Assembly: GCA_045568475.1 (NCBI GenBank) | Contig: JBJLAY010000028.1 | Location: forward strand, 121 to 64,120 | Source: Candidatus Poseidoniaceae archaeon | Lineage (GTDB): Archaea; Thermoplasmatota; Poseidoniia; Poseidoniales; Poseidoniaceae | DNA length: 64,000 nt | Reading direction: 5' to 3' | Shown here: positions 9,895-19,492 of the stretch, one piece after another | Layout of the letters: every line of letters begins with the position of its first letter | Numbering within the stretch: the first letter of the stretch is position 1 | Notes under the pieces: generated by a model | What the model was told of the DNA's origin: nothing | Database searches by the model: none | What the model saw: only the letters and a program-made list of their open reading frames with translations | Made by a program: the position numbers and the translations under genes

Positions 9895-9897
9895 CTC

Positions 9898-10539
9898 TTA
9901 CTCTTCTTCGGTGACTAGAGTAATCTTTTGTTGCAGCGCCATCCTTGCTGATGAGTTTAGCAACGGTAGTAGTGCCATCGCCACACAAATAGACATACAA
10001 AGGCCACACATGTAAGACATCAATCTTGTAATTTCAGTAACACCTTCAGGTAGTATGTCCTCTGAAACTCCAACCATCATCCACGTGCCGCTAAAACCGC
10101 CAATCAGGCCAACGACAGATCCTAGGATGGATAATTTAACTCCAAGAATATTCAGACGGAATAGCATAAAACCGCCTGACAGGACTAGCAAACCTCCAAC
10201 AAGTAGCGAATAACCTCTAACAGAATATGCTCCAGAATCTCTCACTTCATCATGATACTCTTGGTAATCATCTGCAGTGATATTCAATTTTTGGTTTTCA
10301 TAATTCTCTAAAATCGGGTCTAAATCTGCTTCTGGAAAATCATCAGCCATCGAATTCTGAACGTCTCCCCATCCAATTAGAATCATCAGTATAGAACCTA
10401 GAATGAGCAAGATTGCAATGGTCTTTGGACCCTTCTTGTCTGGTTTAGGAGAGAACAAAGAAGCAGGAGGTGCAAGACCATCATCGCCACTCATTCGTAT
10501 TGAGAAATCATCACTCATTAGTACAGGCCTCCAATCCAT
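9898..10539 (-). CDS. Membrane protein, hypothetical
   Basis: There are several TM helices, and the N-terminal region is predicted cytoplasmic. Confidence 0.5.
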   Translation of the reverse strand: MDWRPVLMSDDFSIRMSGDDGLAPPASLFSPKPDKKGPKTIAILLILGSILMILIGWGDVQNSMADDFPEADLDPILENYENQKLNITADDYQEYHDEVRDSGAYSVRGYSLLVGGLLVLSGGFMLFRLNILGVKLSILGSVVGLIGGFSGTWMMVGVSEDILPEGVTEITRLMSYMCGLCMSICVAMALLPLLNSSARMALQQKITLVTEEE

Positions 10540-10945
10540 TACGTAGAGTGTCTGGAATGACTAGCGAGGTCATATCCTTCATACTCACACAAACCGTAAC
10601 CTGTTCACTGGACCAAAGAAGTTCTTCATTTTGGTTGTGAAATCTGTATTGCCAGGTGCAAGACTTATTGCCAACTTTGGAAATCCAGATAGTTGCAGTT
10701 ACACTGTCACCATATCTGAAAGGTGAGTGAAATTCTGATTTTATGTCAACTACGGGAAAGCCGATTTCCATTTTACCAATGATATGAGAATAATCAAAAC
10801 CACATATTTCATTCCAAGACTCCTCAAAGAAACGATGAGCAAGATCGTATATTCTTGGATAGAAAGCTATCCCGGCCATGTCTAGCATTGGGAAGTCTAC
10901 CCGTCTAGTCAAACGAACTGCCATGAGCCTTCCTAAGAGAACCAC
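10511..10945 (-). CDS. Hotdog-fold acyl-CoA thioesterase (4HBT/YbgC-like)
   Basis: AFYPRIYDLAHRFFEESWNEICGFDY...GDSVTATIW is typical of the 4HBT thioesterase fold. Confidence 0.65.
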   Translation of the reverse strand: MVLLGRLMAVRLTRRVDFPMLDMAGIAFYPRIYDLAHRFFEESWNEICGFDYSHIIGKMEIGFPVVDIKSEFHSPFRYGDSVTATIWISKVGNKSCTWQYRFHNQNEELLWSSEQVTVCVSMKDMTSLVIPDTLRNGLEACTNE

Positions 10946-10949
10946 TTAT

Positions 10950-11372
10950 TCAAGCATCCTCGGGCTTGGGCCATTTTTTGGCTAAAATTTTAGCAAGGTC
11001 GTCATCCAATTTGGCATTCCACCAATCACTTCCTTGCCATATCGCATACCTTCCGCGTATTCCTCGAATATCTGCTCCTTCGAATGAACAGTTTCTGAAG
11101 TTAGATAGGTTTAATCTTGCTTTCCTAAGGTCAGCACCACGAAAATCGCTGTTATCAAATGCCGATTTCATTAAGTCAACCTCTACCATCGAAGCTCTTC
11201 TAAAATCTGAATTTACGAAGTTTCCTTCTGTCAAATCAGCATTATCAAGGATGGACCTTCGGAAATTAGAACGCGGATGGTTACCTCTTCGCAACAATTC
11301 GTTTGCACGATTTTGGAAAGACCAATCCAGAGGAATTTCTTCCTTGTCGGTACTGCTGCCCGACATTACCAT
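10950..11372 (-). CDS. Pentapeptide-repeat protein
   Basis: It contains tandem A(D/N)LxxxNFxxxDFRxA pentapeptide repeats. Confidence 0.7.
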   Translation of the reverse strand: MVMSGSSTDKEEIPLDWSFQNRANELLRRGNHPRSNFRRSILDNADLTEGNFVNSDFRRASMVEVDLMKSAFDNSDFRGADLRKARLNLSNFRNCSFEGADIRGIRGRYAIWQGSDWWNAKLDDDLAKILAKKWPKPEDA

Positions 11373-11382
11373 ATAATCACCA

Positions 11383-11907
11383 TCAGAATCGACTACGTTT
11401 GTCGAGATGTGCGCGCCCTTCAGGAGTTAGAATTGCATACCTGTTCTTTTCCTTTGCAGAAGGCGGTGTCACCAAGAATCCCTTTTCTCGAAGCCTGTTG
11501 AGGTAAAGAGAAAGGTTGCCAGGGGGCTCCAAACCCGCATCGATGAATAGTTGATCAATGACGCGAGGAGGACTATCATTTACACCTTCAACATCTCGAA
11601 GATACTGAATTGCACCGAGAACTTGGTCAGGTTTTCGAATTAGGCTGCAGTTTTCGATAAGAGCCCTGAAAGCAGAACCACGTTCTGGTAAGCCGGCTTC
11701 ACGAGCAGCGCCAACGGCCGCTTCGATAGCGCGCTCTCTTGCATTTCGTATTCGCGAAAGCGCTATCGACCAAGTATCATCTTGCCTAACTCTTGTGAGA
11801 CGCTCATCAACACTTGTCTGAGCGCCAGTAAGGTCAATCTCAACATCTCCTGCGCGAATCAGCACTCTTGTATCGTCTTCCATCATAGTCACCTTTTTTC
11901 CATGCAC
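11383..11907 (-). CDS. Hypothetical protein, possibly with a winged-helix C-terminus
   Basis: It is the first gene of a four-gene minus-strand cluster. The C-terminal LNRLREKGFLVTP...YAILTPEGRAHL looks winged-helix-like. Confidence 0.45.
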   Translation of the reverse strand: MHGKKVTMMEDDTRVLIRAGDVEIDLTGAQTSVDERLTRVRQDDTWSIALSRIRNARERAIEAAVGAAREAGLPERGSAFRALIENCSLIRKPDQVLGAIQYLRDVEGVNDSPPRVIDQLFIDAGLEPPGNLSLYLNRLREKGFLVTPPSAKEKNRYAILTPEGRAHLDKRSRF

Positions 11908-11996
11908 ACCGTCTCGAAATTACAACAAGAATTCCGTTTCTGACTAATTCGACCTCGGACATATGGGTATTAAAGCCCTGTTTGTCTCAGTACACA

Positions 11997-12033
11997 ATGT
12001 TATTACGGCCGCCTATTAAATAACATTACGGCT
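11997..12033. promoter_or_regulatory. Inverted repeat plus short direct repeat in the divergent intergenic region
   Basis: aatgttatt is followed after 14 nt by its reverse complement aataacatt. attacggc occurs twice, 23 nt apart. The site lies between divergent genes at 11907 (-) and 12130 (+). Confidence 0.3.
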
Positions 12034-12129
12034 TAAAACAATATCATTCTAAATCACAATTTCTTGATTACAAGGGGGATAAGGCACTTGAAGGGGCGCC
12101 ATATTCAACAGATTACCCGGGTGCTAAAA

Positions 12130-15100
12130 ATGAAGCGTCTTTCTCCGATTTTACTTACGGCCCTACTACTGGTATCCTGTTTTCCGATAAGTTACGTGTC
12201 GGCATCAGGAGAGTCAACAAACATTTCTTCATTTTCAGGAGGGTTTGCCTCCGTTGAAATCAATTTACAAGGAGGGGCAACAAACAATTCAGCAACCATA
12301 GATGTTCCTCGTAATGTAACGTTTCAAACCTCATTTTTCAATCTGAATGTGGACCACAGTGATCAAACCCCAGGCCAGGTCTGGCTCGATTTAAATGAAG
12401 ATGGAGTATTCGAATGGGAGTTCACTGATACTGGCTATGGCGATATTGGGCACCAGAATCAATTCTATGACGGAAACACTTCTATTACTACAGCTCTAGG
12501 TAATGGAACCAGTTCAGCCCCTGATATCTTGGTGCCATCGGGTGCGACTATACAATCTTCAAATCTGAATATCAGTTTTGCTCCACAAGTAGGAGGAGGG
12601 TATTTCCAGATTGGAGAATACCAACAAGTCGTAGAATCCGATATTGACGGAGACGGGCTGCCGGAACCGGTATTTTTGTCAGCACAAGATCCGACTAATT
12701 ATTCTACCACAATTGTATGGGCCGATTGGAATTCCTCTGGAATTACGATTTCCACTCCGATTTCATCATGTGATAACGCAACATCTCTGTCAGTAGGGGA
12801 TTTGAATGGCGATGGCAGCCAGGACCTAATTTCCTTCTCGATATTTTCTAGCACAGCATGCGTACATATGGCGAACGGCACATCATTTGACCCAGTGCTA
12901 AACCTTTCACTTTCCAGCGGTTTAATTTCTGCCAAAATTGGAGACATGAATAAAGATGGATTAGATGACATCGTATCAATTCATCAAATGGGAGTACTAG
13001 AATTCAACACATGGTCAAATGCATCATGGAACTTAGCATCTAGTTCTTCAACAGTGATTAACCCAAACGGCTCTGAAGGTATTCCTGCGAACTTACTATC
13101 ATTACATTCTAATGATTTCTTTTCTAATGGTAACGAATCTGTTTTGGTGATGGACAATACTGGGCATTGGACTAACTGGGCTATTTTTAATGGGGCATGG
13201 GGCGGGCCACTAACTAGTTTTGATGGCATTAATAATAATGAAATTATTACCGATTTAGACGGGGATGGAGATGTTGATTTGATTGGAAGCAATGATCAAG
13301 GATACGCGTTTTTAATCAATAATGGAACGCAATGGAACACAACTATTGTTCAAACTCAAATCGATCTATTGGACTCAACAATTAGTGACTTTGACGGAGA
13401 CGGCGTCCTTGACTTGTTAACTCCAGCACCCGGCGTTGCTGATAACTCTAATTTGACTATTGAAGGTAATATCACTCACCGGACAATTAACTCATCGAGT
13501 CTTGGAAATGTGGCGAACTATGTCTTAGAGCCATGGTCTATGCCAACTTCGATAAGTACCATGGACATGGATAATGATGGAGTAATGGAACAAATTATCG
13601 GTGCTGGAGAGATTAGCAAAGGCGTTTTCATTGGAGGCTGGCACAACATCGAATTAGATGCTGACGGCGATGGAACAACCGAGATGGAGGCTACAGGATA
13701 TGCCGGTGACTCCGTCAATAATCTGAATCCATTGATGATGATGGATGAAACAAACGAAATCAAAGAAGATTTAATTCCGGTATTAGCTAATCTACCGTCC
13801 ACTTTGGATTCCTATGGGATTGCAATGAGTGTGTATTCAATAGAAGTAAACACCAGTGGAATGGGACAATTCACTTTTTCAGGCCTGGATGTTGGATATG
13901 ATTGTAGTTTCCTAGTAGATGTAAACCCTCATGCTACAACAAACCTTACCAATGTACTGAACCAAGGAATGACAGCAGGTACGGGTAATTACACAGTTAG
14001 TTTCCCAGTAAATTCATCCAAAGCAGGAGTAGTAACATTGAGTAATATTGGAGCAATATTCATCCAAGGTGCTCCAAATTTGGCATTACCGATTCAGCCT
14101 ACACTGGTTTTAGACTCAGTTACCAATGAAGAAGTAGTTCTATCCTGGAACGAAGTATTCGAATTCGGTGATGATTTTGTTGAATTTGAGATATTCAGGT
14201 TGGAATCAGCAAATGCAACCTTGTCTCTGGTAGATGTTTACAATACATCAGGGGCTCAAAACATGACCACAGATACCAATATTTCTGTCGGCTCAACCTA
14301 TTGGTATTCCGTTAGATCTGTTCACCTATACGGGGTCACATCGAATATGTCCAATACAATTGAGGTCACAATCCCATATCCAAACCCTCCTTCAGCGGTA
14401 GAGGGCGTTGTAATCATAGATGTTGCAAATGATACAGGCGGTGTGCTTTCAGTTTCGTGGAACAGCTCAACAGAAGTAATCGATCACTACGAAGTTTACC
14501 TTGAAAACAGTTCATTCAGTAGTATCTCCGGACTTACAAGTATTGCTAGCGTGCCTTCATCCATCAACTCAACAAATCTTACAGGTTTGATAGATTCTAA
14601 TGAATATTGGGTCGCAGTTGTTGCTGTTGACCAGTATGGTAATTCAACAAGTGCAGTCATTTCAGTTGGGCCAGCATATTCTAGAAACGACGTTCCAGTT
14701 GTTCTCGATTATGAAATTACAGTAACTTCTGAAATCATCTTGGGTTCGCCATTCGTATTGGAAATAATTCTTGAAGACGAAGTAGCCAATATCGAAAATG
14801 GCAACATGATGGTGTCAATGGAAACCACTTCCGGAATATATCCGATTTCAACTAATTGGGATGGAATTAATCTTACAGATTTTGCAGATTTGGGAGTTTT
14901 CACTACTGACATATATGGCGACGTTACCTTTTGGGCTAACTTCAGTGGGTATGCAGGAGATGCTCAGAATCGAGAGATATCCTCTAAGTCAGTTTCAGCA
15001 ACCTCAACGGTAAATATTGGGGCAACACTCTCTTCATCCGAAGACACATATGAGTTAGATTGGGATAATGAAACCGATGTACGCATCAATATAGATGCTG

Positions 15101-16302
15101 CCAATCCACAACAGTATGCACTGTTAGATGGAGCTATGATAACCTGGTCAATTCATAACAACACTACCAACCAATCTCTTACAGGAACAGAACAAATCAG
15201 TGATAATTTCACCCAATTCCTAATTAATTTCCCAGGAGGAGGAATATTGTTCGTAAATTTAACTGAACCCGGATGGATAAGTACGGGGCAGGGTCCACTA
15301 GAAATCAGTCTGGTACCTTACGGGACGAGTGTTGAAGAAAACGAGACCGATGACAACGACACAAACCCAACTCCTTGGAATCCAGATGTCATGAACGATG
15401 TTAATCTTGATTGTGGAGAAGTAATAATTGATCCATCCGTGGTTCAAAAAATTGATTGTACTTTCACTAATACCAATAATTACAGCATCGAGATCTCACT
15501 CGAACCGGATGGTTGGTCTGATTGGTCCGATTTCATCATATTTGAACCATCAGCTGGACAAGGCGAATTCGTACTAAACGATAGTGCAAGTTCAGTGATT
15601 GAAATCAGAGTTGAAGTATTACAGAACCTTTCTGAGAATGCATTGGTTAATGGCTTAATTCAAATCGACATTAGACAAGGTCCTAAGGATTACATATATC
15701 CTGGAGACAAACCGCTAACTTTCGAAATTCAGTGGACACTTATTGGAGAAGAACCAGTTGTAACTCCTGATCCTGTTGACGAGGAAGATACTGGCAATAA
15801 TTCAGGTACCTCGGACACAAGCTCTAGTAGCAATAACATGTTGATATTTGGAGGAATTGGTGCTGTTGCATTAGGAGGGCTAGTGATATTCATAGTTCTA
15901 AGAATAAGAAATAGCGACCTGGACGAGTGGGGAGAAGAGGACCTTGACATGGATCCTGAAGTACAAACAGATAGAATTTCAAAACCTCTTCCAGTAGGAG
16001 TTGCACTTGATGAATTTGAAGATAAAACAATCATTGATGATACTCCTGACAAACCTGATTTCATATCAGATTTCGATGATGGTGATGACTATGCCGATAC
16101 TCTTGAATCGGATGAAGGCGAATACGAAAGTGAAGATGCAGTGGACTCAGAGGAAGAATATCAAGAGGATTATACTGAAGAATCAGAAGATGACTCTGGA
16201 ATAACAGTTGATGAAAACGGAACAGAGTGGTATGAAGATGAAGTTGGTGTTTGGTGGTTTAGAGACCCTGGCGAAGAAGATTGGTCAGAATTCGTCGAGT
16301 GA
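12130..16302 (+). CDS. Giant cell-surface protein with an FG-GAP (integrin-alpha-like) beta-propeller, FN3-like domains, a TM anchor and an acidic cytoplasmic tail
   Basis: The signal peptide MKRLSPILLTALLLVSC begins at the ATG at 12130, whereas the ORF track begins at TTG 12064. FG-GAP-like Ca-binding motifs include DIDGDGLPEP, LNGDGSQDLISF, MNKDGLDDIVS, DLDGDGDVDLIG and DFDGDGVLDLL. The TM is FGGIGAVALGGLVIFIVL and it is followed by a D/E-rich tail of about 130 aa. Confidence 0.7.
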   Translation: MKRLSPILLTALLLVSCFPISYVSASGESTNISSFSGGFASVEINLQGGATNNSATIDVPRNVTFQTSFFNLNVDHSDQTPGQVWLDLNEDGVFEWEFTDTGYGDIGHQNQFYDGNTSITTALGNGTSSAPDILVPSGATIQSSNLNISFAPQVGGGYFQIGEYQQVVESDIDGDGLPEPVFLSAQDPTNYSTTIVWADWNSSGITISTPISSCDNATSLSVGDLNGDGSQDLISFSIFSSTACVHMANGTSFDPVLNLSLSSGLISAKIGDMNKDGLDDIVSIHQMGVLEFNTWSNASWNLASSSSTVINPNGSEGIPANLLSLHSNDFFSNGNESVLVMDNTGHWTNWAIFNGAWGGPLTSFDGINNNEIITDLDGDGDVDLIGSNDQGYAFLINNGTQWNTTIVQTQIDLLDSTISDFDGDGVLDLLTPAPGVADNSNLTIEGNITHRTINSSSLGNVANYVLEPWSMPTSISTMDMDNDGVMEQIIGAGEISKGVFIGGWHNIELDADGDGTTEMEATGYAGDSVNNLNPLMMMDETNEIKEDLIPVLANLPSTLDSYGIAMSVYSIEVNTSGMGQFTFSGLDVGYDCSFLVDVNPHATTNLTNVLNQGMTAGTGNYTVSFPVNSSKAGVVTLSNIGAIFIQGAPNLALPIQPTLVLDSVTNEEVVLSWNEVFEFGDDFVEFEIFRLESANATLSLVDVYNTSGAQNMTTDTNISVGSTYWYSVRSVHLYGVTSNMSNTIEVTIPYPNPPSAVEGVVIIDVANDTGGVLSVSWNSSTEVIDHYEVYLENSSFSSISGLTSIASVPSSINSTNLTGLIDSNEYWVAVVAVDQYGNSTSAVISVGPAYSRNDVPVVLDYEITVTSEIILGSPFVLEIILEDEVANIENGNMMVSMETTSGIYPISTNWDGINLTDFADLGVFTTDIYGDVTFWANFSGYAGDAQNREISSKSVSATSTVNIGATLSSSEDTYELDWDNETDVRINIDAANPQQYALLDGAMITWSIHNNTTNQSLTGTEQISDNFTQFLINFPGGGILFVNLTEPGWISTGQGPLEISLVPYGTSVEENETDDNDTNPTPWNPDVMNDVNLDCGEVIIDPSVVQKIDCTFTNTNNYSIEISLEPDGWSDWSDFIIFEPSAGQGEFVLNDSASSVIEIRVEVLQNLSENALVNGLIQIDIRQGPKDYIYPGDKPLTFEIQWTLIGEEPVVTPDPVDEEDTGNNSGTSDTSSSSNNMLIFGGIGAVALGGLVIFIVLRIRNSDLDEWGEEDLDMDPEVQTDRISKPLPVGVALDEFEDKTIIDDTPDKPDFISDFDDGDDYADTLESDEGEYESEDAVDSEEEYQEDYTEESEDDSGITVDENGTEWYEDEVGVWWFRDPGEEDWSEFVE

Positions 16303-16343
16303 AATTCGTAATACCTTTGAATGAGTCGGGAGCAGGAGAATAC

Positions 16344-17087
16344 ATGGCGGGCCAAGCATCGTATGACCTAGTTCTAAACAAAGATGCAGACCCTCGTACC
16401 GGCGGTATTGCAATTTGTGGCTTTTCTACAGTTGGTATGGTTGGAGTTATTGCGGCCTCACATGTCATTAGCCAATTAGATTTGACTCAACAAGGAACTG
16501 TTCTGAATTCAGAGTTCCCAGCAATGGCACTAGTCCACCATGAAGTCCCAAAACACCCAGTTAGAGTCTATCAAGGTAACAATGTTGGTGTATTCACAGC
16601 AGAGGTAAGGTTTGGCCCTGAGCGTGATGTACTATTCGCAAATACTGTACTCGAATGGTTCACTAAAGGCGGATTTGACCAATTGATTGTTATTGATGGA
16701 GTCGCCAGAGAAAACCTCGATGACCGAGATGGTTCTTTGTACGGAGTTAGCGCTTCGAAAGCCGGACGCGACCGGCTTAAGAAGGCAGGAATCGAACCTG
16801 TAAGGCAAGGCGTTGTAGCAGGAATTGCAGGTTATCTAATCGCGGAAGGGGACCGCCTAGGTCTTGACATTACAGCAATTTTGGCAGATTGTAATCCGAT
16901 GTTCCCAGACGCTAGAGCTGCAGCGATGGCAATCGAAGCAGTTAGTGAATTGACGGAATTTGATATTCCTCTATCATCTCTCTTAGAAGATGCTAGGAAG
17001 ATAGAAGATAGTGTAAGAGAAGTGTTTGAGAACTCTCAAACAATGTTGCCTGCACCTGGTGATGAAATAGATCCGTCATTCAGCTGA
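16344..17087 (+). CDS. PAC2-family proteasome assembly chaperone (second paralogue)
   Basis: IAICGFSTVGMVGVIAASHVISQLDL and FPDARAAAMAIEAV support the call. The ATG at 16344 is preferred over the TTG at 16281 used by the ORF track. Confidence 0.7.
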   Translation: MAGQASYDLVLNKDADPRTGGIAICGFSTVGMVGVIAASHVISQLDLTQQGTVLNSEFPAMALVHHEVPKHPVRVYQGNNVGVFTAEVRFGPERDVLFANTVLEWFTKGGFDQLIVIDGVARENLDDRDGSLYGVSASKAGRDRLKKAGIEPVRQGVVAGIAGYLIAEGDRLGLDITAILADCNPMFPDARAAAMAIEAVSELTEFDIPLSSLLEDARKIEDSVREVFENSQTMLPAPGDEIDPSFS

Positions 17088-18362
17088 ACGGGTGACTTCG
17101 AGGATGGTTTGCCAGTCGGCGTTTGTTGCAAACATCGCTTCTGGCATATGGCAACGTGCCATCTTGAACCCTGCTTCTTCAAGTCCGGATTTAATTTTCT
17201 TCATCGAAGGTATTTGTCCAACTCCTGCAGCAATTCCTAAGTCATCTACAGCAATTAGCAAATGGTTTTGTGATAGCAATTCAGCAGATTCAGCAATATG
17301 CCTAACGGTTCTTTCAATCTCCCTTTGAGAATGTTCAATATCGATATCATCCCAATCATCAGGCAAATCTTCATCATTTCCAGAGCACAAAGCAATCGCC
17401 TTTTCCGCAGTCATTCTGCCTGCAATGGTAGCATCAAAGAGGGGCCCGGTCCACATTGGTCCTGAGAATTCACCTTCTGCTTGTGTTGAGAAATGATACG
17501 GATTGGAGCGAATACGATATCCGATATTATCCTTCCAATCCGAAGCCTCTTCTTTCGACCTTTTCAACAGAACACTAACACGAACATGGTGTCCATCAAA
17601 TAGCGATAAAATCGGATGGATTGATCTATCGTGCATCGCTGCTATACGAGCAATAGTCCCTAACAGAATTCGTGTTGCATCATCATGCATGTAGGAATCT
17701 GTTATTCCAACAGCGCCATATCTTCTGGCCGCGCTGGTTTTAGCAGAACCGCATAGCGCAGCAGTATCGGTAGCGGTAACTTCCAGAACTCCAACTCTAG
17801 AAATTGCTTGTATTGCAGCATCAAGGAACCCTACTGGTGAGCCAAAAGGGTCCAAATCAATCCACTGGAATGGAGCTTCAATCATCAATTTGTTAGCATC
17901 ACCTTCAACCCAATGAATACCATCTTCGACAACCCCTTTCTGTTCTCTTGCAAAGCGACTCGGTTCAGGAACCCATTCCAAATCATCACCTACTGGGTTG
18001 GCTTTATGCGATTTTCTCGCCCATGCTAAGGCGTCAGAATCTAAATCATTAGCAGTAATTCTCAATAGATCCTGTGATGGAATTTCCTTTCTCCATCTTC
18101 GCGGCCTAACACCCGTTGCACAAAGAGCATCTAATGCCCTGATGGTTTTCCCTTCAGGTACCAACCAACCATTTTCAATCGCATCCGCTAACAGCATTAC
18201 AGAACGAGTTCTAGCAGGAGCCATTGCCGGATTCAGAAACCCTTCACCGGTCTTTGCCGCAGGCCCTCTTGGCATATGCGAAGGTTTAGGCTGGTGATTT
18301 TGAAGATGGACAGTTGTCCTTCCTTCTAGCCAGATATGCCCCGGCCAACCTTCAGGTTCCAT
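17076..18362 (-). CDS. trm1: tRNA (guanine26-N2)-dimethyltransferase Trm1
   Basis: The hallmark IDLDPFGSPVGFLDAAI is present, with a Rossmann-fold MTase core and a length consistent with Trm1. Confidence 0.8.
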   Translation of the reverse strand: MEPEGWPGHIWLEGRTTVHLQNHQPKPSHMPRGPAAKTGEGFLNPAMAPARTRSVMLLADAIENGWLVPEGKTIRALDALCATGVRPRRWRKEIPSQDLLRITANDLDSDALAWARKSHKANPVGDDLEWVPEPSRFAREQKGVVEDGIHWVEGDANKLMIEAPFQWIDLDPFGSPVGFLDAAIQAISRVGVLEVTATDTAALCGSAKTSAARRYGAVGITDSYMHDDATRILLGTIARIAAMHDRSIHPILSLFDGHHVRVSVLLKRSKEEASDWKDNIGYRIRSNPYHFSTQAEGEFSGPMWTGPLFDATIAGRMTAEKAIALCSGNDEDLPDDWDDIDIEHSQREIERTVRHIAESAELLSQNHLLIAVDDLGIAAGVGQIPSMKKIKSGLEEAGFKMARCHMPEAMFATNADWQTILEVTRSAE

Positions 18363-18371
18363 ATTTAGTCC

Positions 18372-19478
18372 TCAATAGTGCTCGAACACAATATCTGGAT
18401 TAGCGTGTGTAACTTTGTGTCCATTATCCACAACTTCGCCGATAATTGCACACCCTGGCATTCTTTCTTCTAACCACTTGTAGACAGAATCTGCAACACT
18501 TGCCTCAACAGCAATTATCATCCCACATCCCATATTGAATGTACGATGCATTTCCCTATCTGTAACATTCCCATGCTTCTGAATCCAGTTGAATTCAGGA
18601 AGTATCGGTAAGGGATTAGATATTTCCCATCCAAGGGAGTCATGGAGCCTCAGTAGATTGGAAAGGCCACCTCCAGTAACGTGGCAAATCCCATGAATTT
18701 CGCTTGTCGCACATGGGCCATCTTGAATCATATCGACGATAGGATCGCAATAAATCCTAGTTGGGTTAAGAAATACTTCACCAAGTGTGACAGGGCCTTC
18801 ATTGAATCTTTCAATACGCCCTTCATCTATCTCAAAAGGAGCAGTATCTTCCCACGATGCACCACAGTGGGAAACAACGTTCCTGACCAAAGAATACCCA
18901 TTAGAGTGTACTCCTGAAGATGGCATACCGATTAGCACATCTCCTTCTTTCAAATTCGCACCCGTGATTTCGCTGCCTTTCGCTAACCATCCTAGAGCTG
19001 TTCCAGATAGGTCTAGTTCGGTCACAATACCAGGTAGACTCGCAGTCTCACCGCCAGCAAGAGTGACCCTTGCTCTACGGCATGCTTCTGCTAAACTAGC
19101 ACCTAGTGCTGCATGCACCACAGGGTCTGGCTTTGGAACCGCGATGTAATCGACGAATGCAATTGGTTCTGCACCAACGCACAATAAATCATTGACATTC
19201 ATTGCCATACAATCAATACCAACTCCAGCCCATTGATTCAATTTTGTAGCGATTGATAATTTTGAGCCAACACCGTCTGTTGCTAATGCTAGGTAATTGT
19301 CTCCAAATTCAACTAAGCCGCCAAAGCCACCAGGTAGGTCAACAGGCGCACCAGGGCTGCCGGGCTTCCTAACCGAACGAGATAACGCGCCTACTAAAGC
19401 GCCCACAGCATTGCCTTCGAGATCAATGTCGACACCACTGCCAGCGTAGTCGAGGCCCTCTGCCATGTCACTTCCCAA
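18372..19478 (-). CDS. purM: Phosphoribosylformylglycinamidine cyclo-ligase (AIR synthase)
   Basis: The N-terminus DYAGSGVDIDLEGNAV and the PurM-like fold support the call. Confidence 0.8.
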   Translation of the reverse strand: MGSDMAEGLDYAGSGVDIDLEGNAVGALVGALSRSVRKPGSPGAPVDLPGGFGGLVEFGDNYLALATDGVGSKLSIATKLNQWAGVGIDCMAMNVNDLLCVGAEPIAFVDYIAVPKPDPVVHAALGASLAEACRRARVTLAGGETASLPGIVTELDLSGTALGWLAKGSEITGANLKEGDVLIGMPSSGVHSNGYSLVRNVVSHCGASWEDTAPFEIDEGRIERFNEGPVTLGEVFLNPTRIYCDPIVDMIQDGPCATSEIHGICHVTGGGLSNLLRLHDSLGWEISNPLPILPEFNWIQKHGNVTDREMHRTFNMGCGMIIAVEASVADSVYKWLEERMPGCAIIGEVVDNGHKVTHANPDIVFEHY

Positions 19479-19492
19479 TCATAGGCCTCTCA

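Noticed and set aside
9821-11907. A possible integrated element at the 3' side of tRNA-Arg.
   Set aside because: There is no integrase or recombinase, no duplicated tRNA 3' segment, and the genes downstream look chromosomal.
12064-12129. TTG and GTG starts proposed by the ORF track: 12064, 16281, 60990, 6760, 33132, 4786 and 8793.
   Set aside because: Downstream in-frame ATGs give a signal peptide (12130), a paralogue-matched N-terminus (16344, ~4673), a canonical family N-terminus (61053, 6718) or ATGA stop-start coupling (33180). The upstream extensions are probably artefacts.
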